Assembly (NCBI GenBank): GCA_964187785.1
Contig: OZ076411.1
Span: 56,978,001 to 57,042,000 of the forward strand
From: Amphiscolops sp. MND2022
Taxonomy: Eukaryota
Direction of reading: 5' to 3'
Length of the DNA stretch: 64,000 nt
The position numbers and the translations under genes are program-made. The notes under the pieces are model-generated. The model was not told the origin of the DNA and made no database searches. It was given only the letters and a program-made list of their open reading frames with translations. Below, one piece after another: positions 1 through 12,867 of this stretch. Position 1 is the first letter of the stretch. Each line of letters starts with the position of its first letter.

Positions 1-958
1 GACGAAACACTGGACACATTTGTGCGAATGTGGACACATTTGTTCAAGCGGGGCATATCGAGCGATACAGCCCTACCCGTTGGAACGCACGATTTGAAGA
101 AATAAAATCATGCGTTCAGTAGGACTTAGGATCACCCTCTGAAAAAATTCTTTTTGCTCAATCAGTCAATATCCTCGAAACAATTTCGGCACAACTTATG
201 GTACTGCAGTCAGATCAGGCCAATATCAGAGATGTACTGAACGTGTTTTCCCGAGTACATGAAAATTGGACAGAGAATGTTTCGATACAAGATAATGAGA
301 AACGAAAGAATGTTTCACGAAGGGATGGGAGATGTTCGCAAATAGTCGCGTGGGGTCCCTAGGAATTTTCATCTCCACATTCCTCGGGTTATCAGATGAA
401 ACGAGGTAATATCTGACTAGGGCGTACAGATCCGAAAACACAGGCTGTTTGAACTGGGTTCAACCCATGCTACCACCCGGACGATTTGAACAGTTTGAGG
501 CGGAGCATCGCATTATTTTGGATAACGAAGTGCTCTGGCTGGCTATTTTGGTCAGTGATTTTGCAGTACATCAAACAATGGCCAGCGGTCTCCTGAAACT
601 GACCATATCCGAGCCATGTGTAGAGAGAGCTTTCTCTCGTCATAAGTTGGTCCAGAGTCGGCTTCGTGTAAATATCAGTGCCGAATGATTGAACGGTACC
701 CTGAACGATACAAATTTGAAACTATCCTAAAAAGTTCGCAATCGGAGCAGGAAGAAACTGAAAACTGGCGTGAGGTAAACACTGATAAAGATTACTAGTT
801 TTTAAAATCATTATCATGCTGTTTCATGGTTACATTCACTCTTTACACCTACATAATTTTTATCTCTGAACGCTGCATACAACGCTGTTTACAGCTATAA
901 TTCGGCTGTATTCTGTGTACAGCAAAACCGGCTGTATACAGCAAATCTCCCATCCCTG
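1..958 (+). mobile_element. Internally deleted hAT DNA transposon, copy 1 (left end outside window)
   Basis: YSPTRWN motif near position 70-85; ORF 449-688 ends LLKLTISEPCVERAFSRHKLVQSRLR (hAT C-terminal dimerisation motif); right TIR CCATCCCTG ends at 958; near-identical to 22308-23258. Confidence 0.85.
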
Positions 959-2119
959 TCTATGTAGCAAGGTAAGGAGTATTGGAGTCACCACGGTGGC
1001 CACCCACACCAGACAGAGGTCATATATCAACGAGCAAAGGAACCCGTGGGCAGACGATCAGAATGCTTACTAGCCACATAATAAACAAATTACTGGAGTG
1101 GCGGTCAGCACTTGTGGGTGTTACAGCCAGCCTAATCAAGTAGTCCATGAAGATTGGATGGTATGGCAAATCACTCGAGCACTTTTGAGAGGAAATTACG
1201 CTTATGCATCGGCTTGGCGAGACCTAGAAGCAAAAGTTAAGGAGAAGAAACGCGTTCCCGGCTGAGATGCATGTTGGGATTTTCGTCCTCGTACCCCAGG
1301 GAGTGTCGCAGGCTGCCGCTTGTGACGGCAACAGGTAACATGTAACCCCATGCGACAACACTGATACCAAAATGCCCTCAGGAGTCCTACCGTTTTGAAG
1401 AGACCACTAGTCCAACCGGCTGGAGAAGCTATTTTAAATTATATGGCCTTTAATACCTTATTGGAACCTTGCAATTTGTTACGTTAATTACAATGTAAAG
1501 TAACTTAGTCATGTAATTGCGTTTTATATTAATGTGAAACAGTACACTCCGATTTTGATCAGCATGAACTTTACTGGTGCAAAAATCTAAACTTTATTAC
1601 AATCATAAAGTAAAAGCGTCCGAATTACTTCTTGCTCTAGCTAACTCGAAGTGCAGGTTTTTGAAAAGGTTGACCAATTGGAAAAAACTCCAGTTGTAGC
1701 CAAACGGATGATATGTACATTATGTCAATAGAACGCCTGGTGTGATATGCTAATCACTATAGGTAATGTAAACGAAACTGTGGTGTCAGTTCAACTCAAA
1801 ATGCTTTTTCCCTTTCTACCATATCTTCCCTTTGAAGTATTTAGTCGATGCTATTTTCAACCCTACTTGAAGATGACAAAAGCGTGATGTCAGTTTTTGG
1901 TACAATTTTTATCCCAATTTTGACCTAATTTTGTTTGTTTGGCTGGTCACAATTGACCGATGGACACAATTCTGATACTCTGAGTTACAATCATACTGCT
2001 GTATTTCCTTCTGATACCGATTTCCTGCATCATACTTCCTTCAATTAGTTCATACTGTTGGACAAAGTACTGTTGCGCTACACTTACACTATTTTAACAG
2101 CAAGAATTCTTCAAATACT

Positions 2120-2240
2120 TTCAACAGGAAAACCGAAAGCAGAAGAAACGTGTTCTAGATAATCGGACGTGATGTTCGATCCAGAAAACATGGATGTGAT
2201 GTTAGGAAGTTACTCTAGACGTAGGACGGAATCAGTATGA
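2120..2240 (+). pseudogene. Possible remnant of the gag N-terminus of a third Gypsy-like family (also at ~24430-24550)
   Basis: Short frames read QQENRKQKKRVL and VMFDPENMDVMLGSYSRR, resembling gag starts as I recall them; no long ORF. Confidence 0.3.
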
Positions 2241-4700
2241 TAAAGAATTTGAAGTGGAGGTTTTAGATGGTTATTAAAGACAAATAGCTGAAAAAGTATT
2301 GAAATTACTGCCGAAACTGCAAAAAGAATAATTGCGAAAAAACTAGCCAACTCACCAGGAAACTTGACGAGATTAAGGTAGACTTGAACTCGCAGCTACT
2401 AGAGGCTTTTAACTAGTATGGTATGAGTATGGTATCAGAGTATGGTAAACCTTGAATCATAATTTTCTTTTGTCAAGTCTGAAACTATAACTGGTCCAGT
2501 CTGGAATCATAAATGGCCCAGATTATGATCAAACTGAAATCATAAGTTTTTGTTGACGCGGTTTTGACGTGACCGACAATTTAAATGAAAAATTTCAAAA
2601 ATATTGAGAACCGCAGGCTTTATAGACTGAAGACACTAGAGCCACATTTGACCTTTTGTATCTGCGAACGGTACATTGCAGGTCAGAACTCCGTTAACTT
2701 CTTAGCGGAGTTAAAAACAAACTGTAGGCAATCACTTTGATCTCAGCCACGCCCTAGTTAATAACTTACTCTTTTGTTACAGCAGTACTCAAATTTCAGT
2801 GTGATTTTCGTTACTTTCGATAACAATTACTAATATTTTAGCAAAATTATGCTGATTGCAAATTCTTTTCAGTTTAGTTTAGCTTTTAGGTTTCGGAATT
2901 TTAGTAATTTCAATAGTGTTTGCGTTAATTGACTACGTTTTCCTATTTTTTATTTACGTTTCCAGACTGATCTTACTCTGGATCCTAAATGTTTATAGTT
3001 CCAGGCTGACCATATTCTGCATCATATATGGTCCAGACTATGGTCAGCTGGGAACCATAAACAACTGTGGTCCAGAGTAGTTATCAATTTTTTGGTCCCT
3101 TTTTCTTGATTCCGGAGACATCATGTCAATATTCCGCGAAAAGGCGTGCTGTACTATGAAATATCGTGTGAAAACAATATTCGAGATTTTTTTCTACCAT
3201 GCTGTATGATACGTTTATTTGCGGAACCTAACTGATACGAAATTGTACCATGGTCTATTTAGACTTAAAATAAACACGATGTTGTTGAGTCATGAAATGG
3301 ACAAACAATGCGCAATTTTCAACTTTTTGAACAAGTACTTCAGCAGACTTATTTCGTTTTTCCTGATTCAAACATACCAAACACCCTTTATAAGCTCACC
3401 GACAAAAGTTTGTCTCAAGTTGAATAAACCCAATAGCTTCAAAACATTTGGGCAAACATTGGAAAACTGCGCAAAGAATTGGTGTATTTTTGCGAACCAA
3501 AGAATGTTCAGACTACTGAATTATTGTGAATGCTCAAAATTATGGAACGTGTTTTGATGACTGCCATTAGTGGCACGATGTTTGATCATAATAACAAAAA
3601 TGGTTTTTTTTCTGTAGGGCGTTATTTTCGGTTCGAAACTAACAGTTGAAACTAATAGTTTATTTCTCAAGAATTTAGGACGAAAGTCCAATTTCAAAGT
3701 CATTGCAAGTATGAAGAAAATTTGCAATTATCGATCCTTAGATTGAATATAATTTTCAAGTGATCACTCATCGAAATGTAGATGTGATAATTCTTCTCTG
3801 GATTTTAATTTATGATTACCGTTTTATCTGGATTAAGTTTGTTTTGGAACATGAGTTACATAGGCTGTCTTATTCGTCTTATTTCTCAGCCCTCAGTGAA
3901 AAATCTTCACCTTCTCAATCTATATGCGAACATTGATCTTTGAATTTCTCTAAACAAACGCAAGGAATTCGACTTTTTCTACAGCAAAACTACATTCTCT
4001 CTTGAGAAAGATGGCAAATGAGAGGAATGGACGGTCTAGACGGCTAGAGACACCTTCTCTACAGAGAGAAGTGAACGATGCCCAAGTAGAAACGCCTAAT
4101 ACAGGTAATGAGACTTTAACTAATTTTAATGTTAACGTTCAAGAAGGTTTATGCGATGGAAACTCTGAAAATCAACTAACTGAGCCCAGTCAGATTAGCA
4201 ACGAAACGCTTAAAATTTAGACTCAGAAAATGAGGATAATCCTCTCAGACCCTCTGAAGTGATGGATTTAAGACATCCTGCAAAAACTTTGAAGAGAAGC
4301 GATTTAGATCTCGACGCAACTATAGTTTCAAATGAGGACTCAGAGGGGGGAGGATTATCACATGATGACAGGAGCCAACCGACAACTCCATAGACAAAGC
4401 TCACAAAATCGTCAGTCTCTTTTTGACACAACAGAATCCCACTCCGACCAAAATACGTCAATTTTGTCAAGAAAACCACTTGACCAAGTTATTCACTTTG
4501 CTCTAGCAATAGAAACATTGGCGAGAACAAACTTCCAACAATCACTGATTCACCCGAAAAACACGCTAACCTTCAATGGAAAGCATGAGAAAAACCAGAA
4601 GTTCAAGTACCTTGAAGACTTATTCCACACAACTCTTCGAATGCAAACAAACCTAACAGAAGACAAGAAAACAAATCATTTTCACCCACATTTCACCGGT

Positions 4701-7700
4701 TTGGCACTCAAAACAATCGAAAACATCCAAAGAACTCCGACTACAACCTTGGAAGTTATTTTAAATGTCTTTCGACGAAAATATGTAAAACCAAAGTCCT
4801 CTGCATCAGCAAAACACAGATTCAAAAGACTTTTCTTCGACCTAAGAACCAGACACCTTCTTATTTTGCAGAAAAAGCATTTGGTGATAATACACACCAA
4901 ATGAAAGAGAATTTACTCATTGAGAATATGCCCCAACACCTGAAGAAAATCAATTAATGAGGCGTACTTAGAGAATGGAACGTATGACCAAATTGTCAAC
5001 CATCTTGAACGAGAGATAGAACTCAACGGTCTAGAAGCTAAAGCACCCCTCATCAAAACACAAAGGGCGGTTACTAAATCAGAAATTACCGAAAAAACCA
5101 ACGAGAAACCGAACAAAAAAAAAACAAAAACGCCAACACCAAAAACGGTGCCCAACCAAACCCTTGAAAAGGATCAATGCCGCTATTGCAAAAAGAAGGT
5201 CAAATGATGACCGACTTCCCCAAAATAGCTAAACGGCGTAAACGTGAAGAAGAGCCAGATGCAGAAAAAGGCAGAATTGCAGCACGCCTGGACATGTTGA
5301 CAAAGATTGTTATTTCGGCGCTAACATGGAAAACCGCTCAATGGAGTGGAATCTAAAGCAAGCTCAGAAAAAGGTCATCGAAACCTACAAATACGCTAAA
5401 AAAAAACAATAAAAATACAACTAGACAGACAACAACAATCATCCTGCAAAGATTTAAGCTAGAAACGCCACGCCTCTGATCACCAAACATGCATATAGAA
5501 ACGTCACACCCCAAACACCTACAGACTCTGTAGACAACGAATCTCTACAAGAGTCATAGTTTGAACTCTTGCGAAATGCTCCTGATATTTACCTTTCACA
5601 CACCATCCAAATTACCTCATCACATACAGACAGTACCCCAAAAAGTCACCACGCGAAAACTTTTTTCTTGCAATGACCCAAAACAACCACATACATTTTG
5701 ACAAAGAACGAAACCTGTCATACTTACCGATCTCAACTTCTGTAACATTGAAACGAAACGAAGTTTGGCACTCAAAACAATCGAAATCATCCAAAGAACT
5801 CTGACTACAACCTTGGAAGTTATTTTAAAGGTCTTTGGACAAAAATATGTAAAACCAGGGTCGACTGCATCAGCAAAACACAGATTCAACAGACTTTTCT
5901 TTGACCTGAGGACCAGAAACCTTCTTATTTTCTGGAAGAATTTCAAGAAAGTGCAGAAAAAGCATTTGGTGATAATGCACACCAAATGATAGAGAATTTA
6001 CTCATTGAGAAAATGCCCCAATACCTAAAAAAAATCAATTAATCAGGCCTACTTAGAGACTGGAACGTATGACCAAATTGTCAACCATCTTGAACGAGAC
6101 ATAGAACTCAACTATCGAGAAGCTAAAGCACCCCTCATCAAAACACAGAGGGCAGTTACTAAAGCAGAAATTACCGAAAAAACCAACGAGAAACCGAACA
6201 AAAAAACAAAAACGCCAACAGCAAAAACGGTGCCCAACCAAACCCTTGAAAAGGATCAATGGCGCTATTGCAAAAAGCAGGTCAAATGATGACCGACTTC
6301 CCCAAAATAGCAAAACGGCGTAAACGTGAAGAAGAGCCAGACGCAGAAAAACGCAGAATTGTAGCACGCCTGGACATGATGACAAAGATTGTTATTTCGG
6401 CGCTAACATGGAAAACCGCCCAATGGAGTGGAATCTAAAGCAAGCTCAGAAAAAGGTCATCGAAACCTACAAAGAAGCTAAAAAAACAATAAAACTACAA
6501 CTAGACAGACAACAACAACCATCCTGCAAAGATTTAAGCTAGAAACGCCACGCATCTGAACACCAAATATGCATATAGAAACATCACAGCCACAGGAGGA
6601 CTGACAGCGTCAAGTGTTTGCAATAAACATTCAACTCGATCAACTGACTACACAACCAGACTCAACACCCCAAACACTCACAGACTCTGGCAACAACGAA
6701 TCTTTACAAGAGTCATAGTATGAACTCTTGCGAAATGCTCCTGATATTTACCTTTCACACACCATCCAAATTACCTCATCACATACAGACAGTACCCCAA
6801 AAAGTCACCACGCGAAAACTTTTTTCTTGCAATGACCCAAAACAACCACATACATTTTGACAAAGAACAAAACCTGTCATACTTACCGATCTCAACTTCT
6901 GTAACATTGAAACGGAAAGATGTTTGGCACTCAAAACAATCGAAAACATCCAAAGAACTCTGACTACAACCTTGGAAGTTATTTCAAATGTCTTTCGACG
7001 AAAATATGTAAAATCAGAGTCCACTGCATCAGCAAAACACAGCTTCAACAGACTTTTCTTTGACCTAAGAACCAGAAAATTTCTTGTTTTCTGGAATAAT
7101 TTCAAGAAAGTGCAGAAAAAGCATTTGGTAATAATGCACACCAAATGATAGAGAATTTACTCATTGAGAAAATGCCCCAATACCTGAAAAAAAATCAATT
7201 ATTCTGGCGTACTTAGAGAATGGAACGTATGACCAAATTTTCAACCATCTTGAACGAGAGATAGAACTCAACTATCGAGAAGCTAAAGCACCCCTCATCA
7301 AAACACAGAGGGCAGTTACTAAAGCAGAAAATACCAAAAAAACCAACGAGAAACCAAACAAAAAATCTAAAACACCAACACTAAAAACGGTGCCCAACCA
7401 AACCCTTGAAAATGATCAATGCCGCTATTGCAAAGAAGCAGGTCAAATGATGACCGACTGCCCCCAAAATAGCTAAACGGCGTAAACGTGAAGAAAAGCC
7501 AGACACAGAAAAAGGCAGAATTGCAACATGCCTGGACTTGAAGAAGAAGATTGTTACTTCGGCGCTAACATGGAAAACCGCCCAATGGAGTGGAATCTAA
7601 ACCAAGCTCAGAAAAGGTCATCGAAATCTACAATCTACAAACAAGCTAAAAAAACCAATAAAACTACAACTAGACAGACAACAACAATCATCCTGCAATG

Positions 7701-10420
7701 ATTTGAGCTAGAAACGCCAGGCCTCTGAACACCAAACATGCATATAGAAACATCACAGCCACGGGTTAACTGCCAGCGTCAAGTGTTCGCAATAAACATT
7801 CAACTCAATCAACTGACTACACAACCAGACTCAACACCCCAAACACCTACAGACTCTGTAGACAACGAATCTCTACAAGAGTCATAGTATGAACTCTTGC
7901 GAAATGCTCCTGACATTTACATTTCACACACCATCCGAAGTACCTCATCACATACAGACAGTACCCCAAAAAGTCACCACGCGAAAACTTTTTTCTTGCA
8001 ATGACCCAAAACAACCACATACATTTTGACAAAGAACGAAACCTGTCATACTTACCGATCTCAACTTCTGTAACATTGAAACGGAAAGAAGTTTGGCACT
8101 CAAAACAATCGAAATCATCCAAAGAACTCTGACTACAGCCTTGGAATATATTTTAAATGTCTTTCGACGAAAATATGTAAAACCAGAGTCCACTGCATCA
8201 GCAAAACACAGATTCATTAGACTTTTCTTTGACCTGAGAACCAGAAACCTTCTTATTTTCTGGAAGAATTTCAAGAAAGTGCAGAGAAAGCATTTGGTGA
8301 TAATGCACACCAAATGATAGAGAATTTACTCATTGAGAAAATGCCCCAATACCTGAAAAAAATCAATTAATCAGGCGTACTTAGAGAATGGAACGTATGA
8401 CTAAATTGTCAACTATCTTGAACGAGAGATAGAACTCAACTATCGAGAAGCTAAAGCACCCCTCATCAAAACACAGAGGGCAGTTACTAAAGCAGAAATT
8501 ACCAAAAAACCCAACGAGAAACCAAACAAAAAATCTAAACCACTAACACCAAAAACGGTTCCCAACCAAACCCTTGAAAATGATCAATGCCGCTATTGCA
8601 AAGAAGCAGGTCAAATGATGACCGACTGCCCCCAAAAAGCTAAACGGCGTAAACGTGAAGAAAAGCCAGACGCAGAAAAAGGCAGAATTGCAACATGCCT
8701 GGACTTGAAGAAGAAGATTGTTACTTCGGCGCTAACATGGAAAACCGCCTAATGGAGTGGAATCTAAACCAAGCTCAGAAAAGGTCATCGAAATCTACAA
8801 TCTACAAACAAGCTAAAAAAACCAATAAAACTACAACTAGACAGACAACAACAATCATCCTGCAATGATTTGAGCTAGAAACGCCACGCCTCTGAACACC
8901 AAACATGCATATAGAAACATCACAGCCACGGGTTAACTGCCAGCGTCAAGTGTTCGCAATAAACATTCAACTCAATCAACTGACTACACAACCAGACTCA
9001 ACACCCCAAACACCTACAGACTCTGTAGACAACGAATCTCTACAAGAGTCATAGTATGAACTCTTGCGAAATGCTCCTGATATTTACCTTTCACACACCA
9101 TCCAAAGTACCTCATCACATACAGACAGTACCCCAAAAAGTCAACACGCGAAAACTTTTTTCTTGCAATGACCCAAAACAACCACATACATTTTGACAAA
9201 GAACGAAACCTGTCATACTTACCGATCTCAACTTGTGTAACATTGAAACGGAAAAAAGTTTGGCACTCAAAACAATCGAAATCATCCAAAGAACTCTGAC
9301 TACAGCCTTGGAAGTTATTTTAAATGTCTTTCGACGAAAATATGTAAAACCAGAGTCCACTGCATCAGCAAAACACAGATTCAACAGACTTTTCTTTGAC
9401 CTGAGAACCAGAAACCTTCTTATTTTCTGGAAGAATTTCAATAAAGTGCAGAGAAAGCATTTGGTGATAATGCACATCAAATGATAGAGAATTCACTCAT
9501 TGAGAAAATGCCCCAATACCTGAAAAAAATCAATTAATCAGGCGTACCTAGGGAATGGAACGTATGACCAAATTGTCAACCATCTTGAACGAGAGATAGA
9601 ACTCAACTATCGAGAAGCTAAAGCATCCCTCATCAAAAAACAGAGGGCAGTTACTAAAGCAGAAAATACCAAAAAAACCAACGAGAAACCAAACAAAAAA
9701 TCTAAAACACCAACACCAAAAACGGTGCCCAACCAAACCCTTGAAAATGATCAATGCCGCTATTGCAAAGAAGCAGGTCAAATGATGACCGATTGCCCCA
9801 AAATAGCTAAACGGCGTAAACGTGAAGAAAAGCCAGACGCAGAAAAAGGCAGAATGGCAACATGCCTGGACTTGAAGAAGAAGATTGTTACTTCGGCGCT
9901 ATTATGGAAAACCGCCCAATGGAGTGGAATCTAAAGCAAGCTCAGAAAAGGTCATCGAAATTCGAAATCTACAAACAAGCTAAAAAAACAATAAAACTAC
10001 AACTATACAGTCATCAACAATCATCCTGCAAGGATTTAAGCTAGAAACGCCACGCCTCTGAACACCAAACATGCATTTAGGAACATCACAGCCACGGGAT
10101 AACTGCCAGCATCAAGTGTTCGCAATAAACATTCAACTCAATCAACTGACTACACAACCAGACTCAACACCCCAAACACCTACAAACTCTGTAGACAATC
10201 AATCTCTACAAGGGTCATAGTATGAACTCTTGCGAGATGCTCCTGATAAAAACTTTTCAGACAACACCCAAATTACCTCATTACATACAGACAGTACCCC
10301 ATAAATTCACCACGGGAAAACCTTTTTCTTGCAATGACCCAAAACAACCACATTCATTTTGACAAAGAACGAAACCTGTCATATTTACCGATCTGCACTT
10401 CTCTAACATTGAAACGGAAA
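4701..10420 (+). repeat. Tandem array of five ~1.15 kb gag-derived units (copy 1)
   Basis: Anchor TTGGCACTCAAAACAATCGA at 4701, 5765, 6924, 8093, 9260; each unit runs from capsid C-terminus through the zinc knuckle to just before the protease. Confidence 0.95.
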
Positions 10421-10780
10421 TGCCACTTGTACTATATACCAATGGACTTCGAAAGACTCACTCTTGACGGACTCATAGACACAGGAGCCCTGGCAAGTGC
10501 AATTTCTGAACAAGACCTCGACAGAAGCAAGTTGCTTGCCAATGAAGCAATAAAAGATACTGGCCCAGCGCCAAACTTCCAAATTATGGTGGTCAATGGT
10601 CAACTCGAAGCACCAATCGGCACAGTACCACTGGAACTTGAAGTAGGTGAATTCATTTTACGTGAGATTTTCATCATCATGAGAAACTTACCAAACGCCC
10701 TCATTGGTCCCTGCTTCCTCTGCAGGAACAATGCAATATTCAATGTCACTCAAGGCACATTAACGTTCCCATATCTTTAA
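10334..10780 (+). pseudogene. Retroviral-type aspartic protease of Gypsy-A (copy 1)
   Basis: LTLDGLIDTGALASAIS catalytic DTG motif; stop at 10778-10780. Confidence 0.9.
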
Positions 10781-12867
10781 ATGGAACTAAAACCCGATAC
10801 AAAAGTAGCGCTACGCCAACCAACACCACTGTTCGTCACTTCCAGTACAGTGTTTCAAGAAATTCAACGACAGTTTCTGGCTGAATTCAGTGGCTTGGAC
10901 CCTCTAAGTGTGTTACAGTATTTCAAGGTGCGGTTGATGCCAGTAGTGCGTGAACGTTTCATGGACAGATTGCCACACTTGCGTCAGGTGAGAAAAAAAC
11001 TTCTTTTTCCGCTTTTTTTTGTTTGTTTTTGCGGTGTGTGTCGTTGGGGAATTTGTAGTCTGTGATGTGGTGACTATGGGGTCATTGTTATTGCCGTAGT
11101 AGTAAAAGGCACTGTGTGATTTTATAGTACGTACAATCTGGAGGAGACGACGTTAGCCAGTTAGCAAAAGTGTGTGGTGAAGTGGTAGAACATTGGAACG
11201 AGCTGGCTTTGCATTTTGTGAGCACCCGTCCTGCGATAACGTCAGAACTGATAGTGGTGACACCTCTTGAAAAGCAGGTGTTCGACGACGCTATGATTCG
11301 ACCCCGATTTGCAATCCTCCGACTAGTACTAGATCTGAGTGAGTATACTATGATTGTGTTTGGTCTAGTCAAAAAAAGGGACTGGGGGTGCTTTTTGGTG
11401 TTGTGTTATTGACGCTGTTCGCGGAGTATAACGGTTCATTTCAGGAGTGTTTCGTATGGGTAGACTTGTTTATTGAATTTTGGTTGTGGTGTTTTAGTGG
11501 CAAAGCACTGTGGACGAATATGTGGAAAAGGTCGCGATCGGAGACTAGTCGTAGAGCGTGAGTTGGCCCAGTTTATTCGCAGTCTGATGCAGTTCGTCTA
11601 TCCAGCTAGTAGTATTCCAGCGGAGTACGAAATTGTAACTCTACTGAAAACCTTCGAGTGTGAATGTGCAGATGTCGATGCTAACTTATACCGATTACAT
11701 TTTGGGCAGTTCTTCCGATTCGATATAAGTTCGCAGTTGCCGTTCTTCTACAAGTCTGTGCAAAAGTTGCTTGTTGCTCTGTGCAGGGGACTAACTACAA
11801 TGTGGCAGCGAGTGTGGCCAAAGTACCTGAGTTTGACGCCGTTCGACCCTACTCTTATCCACAGAGGATCGGATGACCGACGCGTTGATGCGTTAGTTGA
11901 GACGTGTGCTGTCTTTACCAGTCATGGATTGTTGTATATGGGCAGTGGAGGTACAGTTCAACAGCAATATCTTGATGTCACCCAGTATTTTAAACGAAAG
12001 TGGATTGTTCAGCAGGATGAAGTGCCTGTAGTTGAAGACATAATTTCGATGTGGCTGTCATACCCTCATTGGGATCGATGCGGTCAATTGAGGCAAGTGC
12101 TGGACTTGGTTGTCGTCATTACTGTTAGCGGTACGCATGAGACTAACTTCGATGATGAAGCTCCTACCGCATTGGATGTAGATACCTTGTCATCTAGTCT
12201 ACACTTAGTGAGGAGTTGGAGTTGGTTTACACACTCGTTTGTGGGACAAACACGCAAGAACTTACGAGGACTGTTACGCCTTTCGGAGTCGACTGATATG
12301 CTCGTGTCGAGGTTGTCCGACGGAGTGCGCGGAAAGCCCTGGGATCAACTGCTGAAGATAGGGCTCGATCATACTTTGGCGCGTTGTGTCAGCAGTTTGA
12401 CAAATGACCTTAGTTCTCCTGTTGTGCCTATGGTTGACGATTACAGGTCCGCAGTGTTGGCGCAGCTAAATGTTATGGAAGTTATCGCAACTAGCCCTGT
12501 CCGTATTTCAAGTAGTCCGAGAATGAAGGGATCAGCTGGTCCTTCCAAGAGAAAAGGAGCGCGTGTACAAGCTGCTGTGCAGATAACTACTGGAACGAGT
12601 GAAGTCGGCACCAGCGGGAAAACGGTTAAGAAAGTTGTGCGTCGTTCTGGCGCGAAAGGAAGAGGTCACGGTTCTAGTACTCGCGGGCAGCGTGGAAGAA
12701 GGACAGGAGGGAAACCGTGTAGTTCTAAGACTTTAGTCTTGTCTAGTTGTGCTAGTAGTCCAACAGCTCAGCTCATGGACAGAAGAAATCAACCACTAAA
12801 AGGAGGGCGAAATGGACGATTACCGAATCATCAGATGAATTCTAGCGCTCATTGTTTTTGTTCTTGA
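10781..12867 (+). CDS. Predicted spliced gene (exons 10781-10987, 11128-11338, 11498-12867; 595 aa), hAT-transposase-like by eye, antisense to Gypsy-B; first 18 codons come from Gypsy-A pol
   Basis: Intron 1 CAG|GTGAGA...TTTATAG (10988-11127, phase 0) and intron 2 A|GTGAGT...GTTTTAG (11339-11497, phase 1) join three frames with no stop; includes the 464-aa ORF 11473-12867. Segments PLSVLQYFKVRL, VVEHWNELALHF, FYKSVQKLL, LTPFDP and MWLSYPHW...VVITVSGTHETNF follow the order of hAT C-terminal motifs. Confidence 0.7.

Larger units (their letters stand above)
1..10835. repeat. Segmental duplication copy 1 (matches 22308-33217)
   Basis: Near base-for-base identity with offset 22300-22382; identity ends after ...CCAACACCACTGTTCG at 10835/33217. 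Confidence 0.97.
4002..10835 (+). mobile_element. Gypsy-A LTR-type retrotransposon, copy 1: decayed gag plus protease, truncated at 10835
   Basis: Gag-like frames 4002-4904 (FRRKYVKPKSSASAKHR), CCHC-like CRYCKEAGQMMTDC, protease LIDTGALAS in ORF 10334-10780; many frameshifts and stops. Confidence 0.9.

Noticed and set aside
5451-5462. Gypsy-A frameshift signal (GATTTAAGCTAG)
   Set aside because: Would need TTTAAAC; every unit reads TTTAAGC, TTTGAGC or TATAAGC, so no canonical heptamer can be supported.
5612-9480. Recurring minus-strand ORFs (MVCIITKCF..., MDDFDCF...) as genes
   Set aside because: They are antisense shadows of A-rich gag repeats and recur only because the DNA repeats.
4701-10420. 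Regular repeats as a CRISPR array or a multi-copy gene cluster
   Set aside because: Units are ~1.15 kb with no unique spacers, are gag-derived and are frameshifted; no cas genes; eukaryotic context.
11473-12867. Retroviral env gene
   Set aside because: Antisense to gag-pol; no signal peptide, furin site plus fusion peptide, or C-terminal transmembrane anchor evident.
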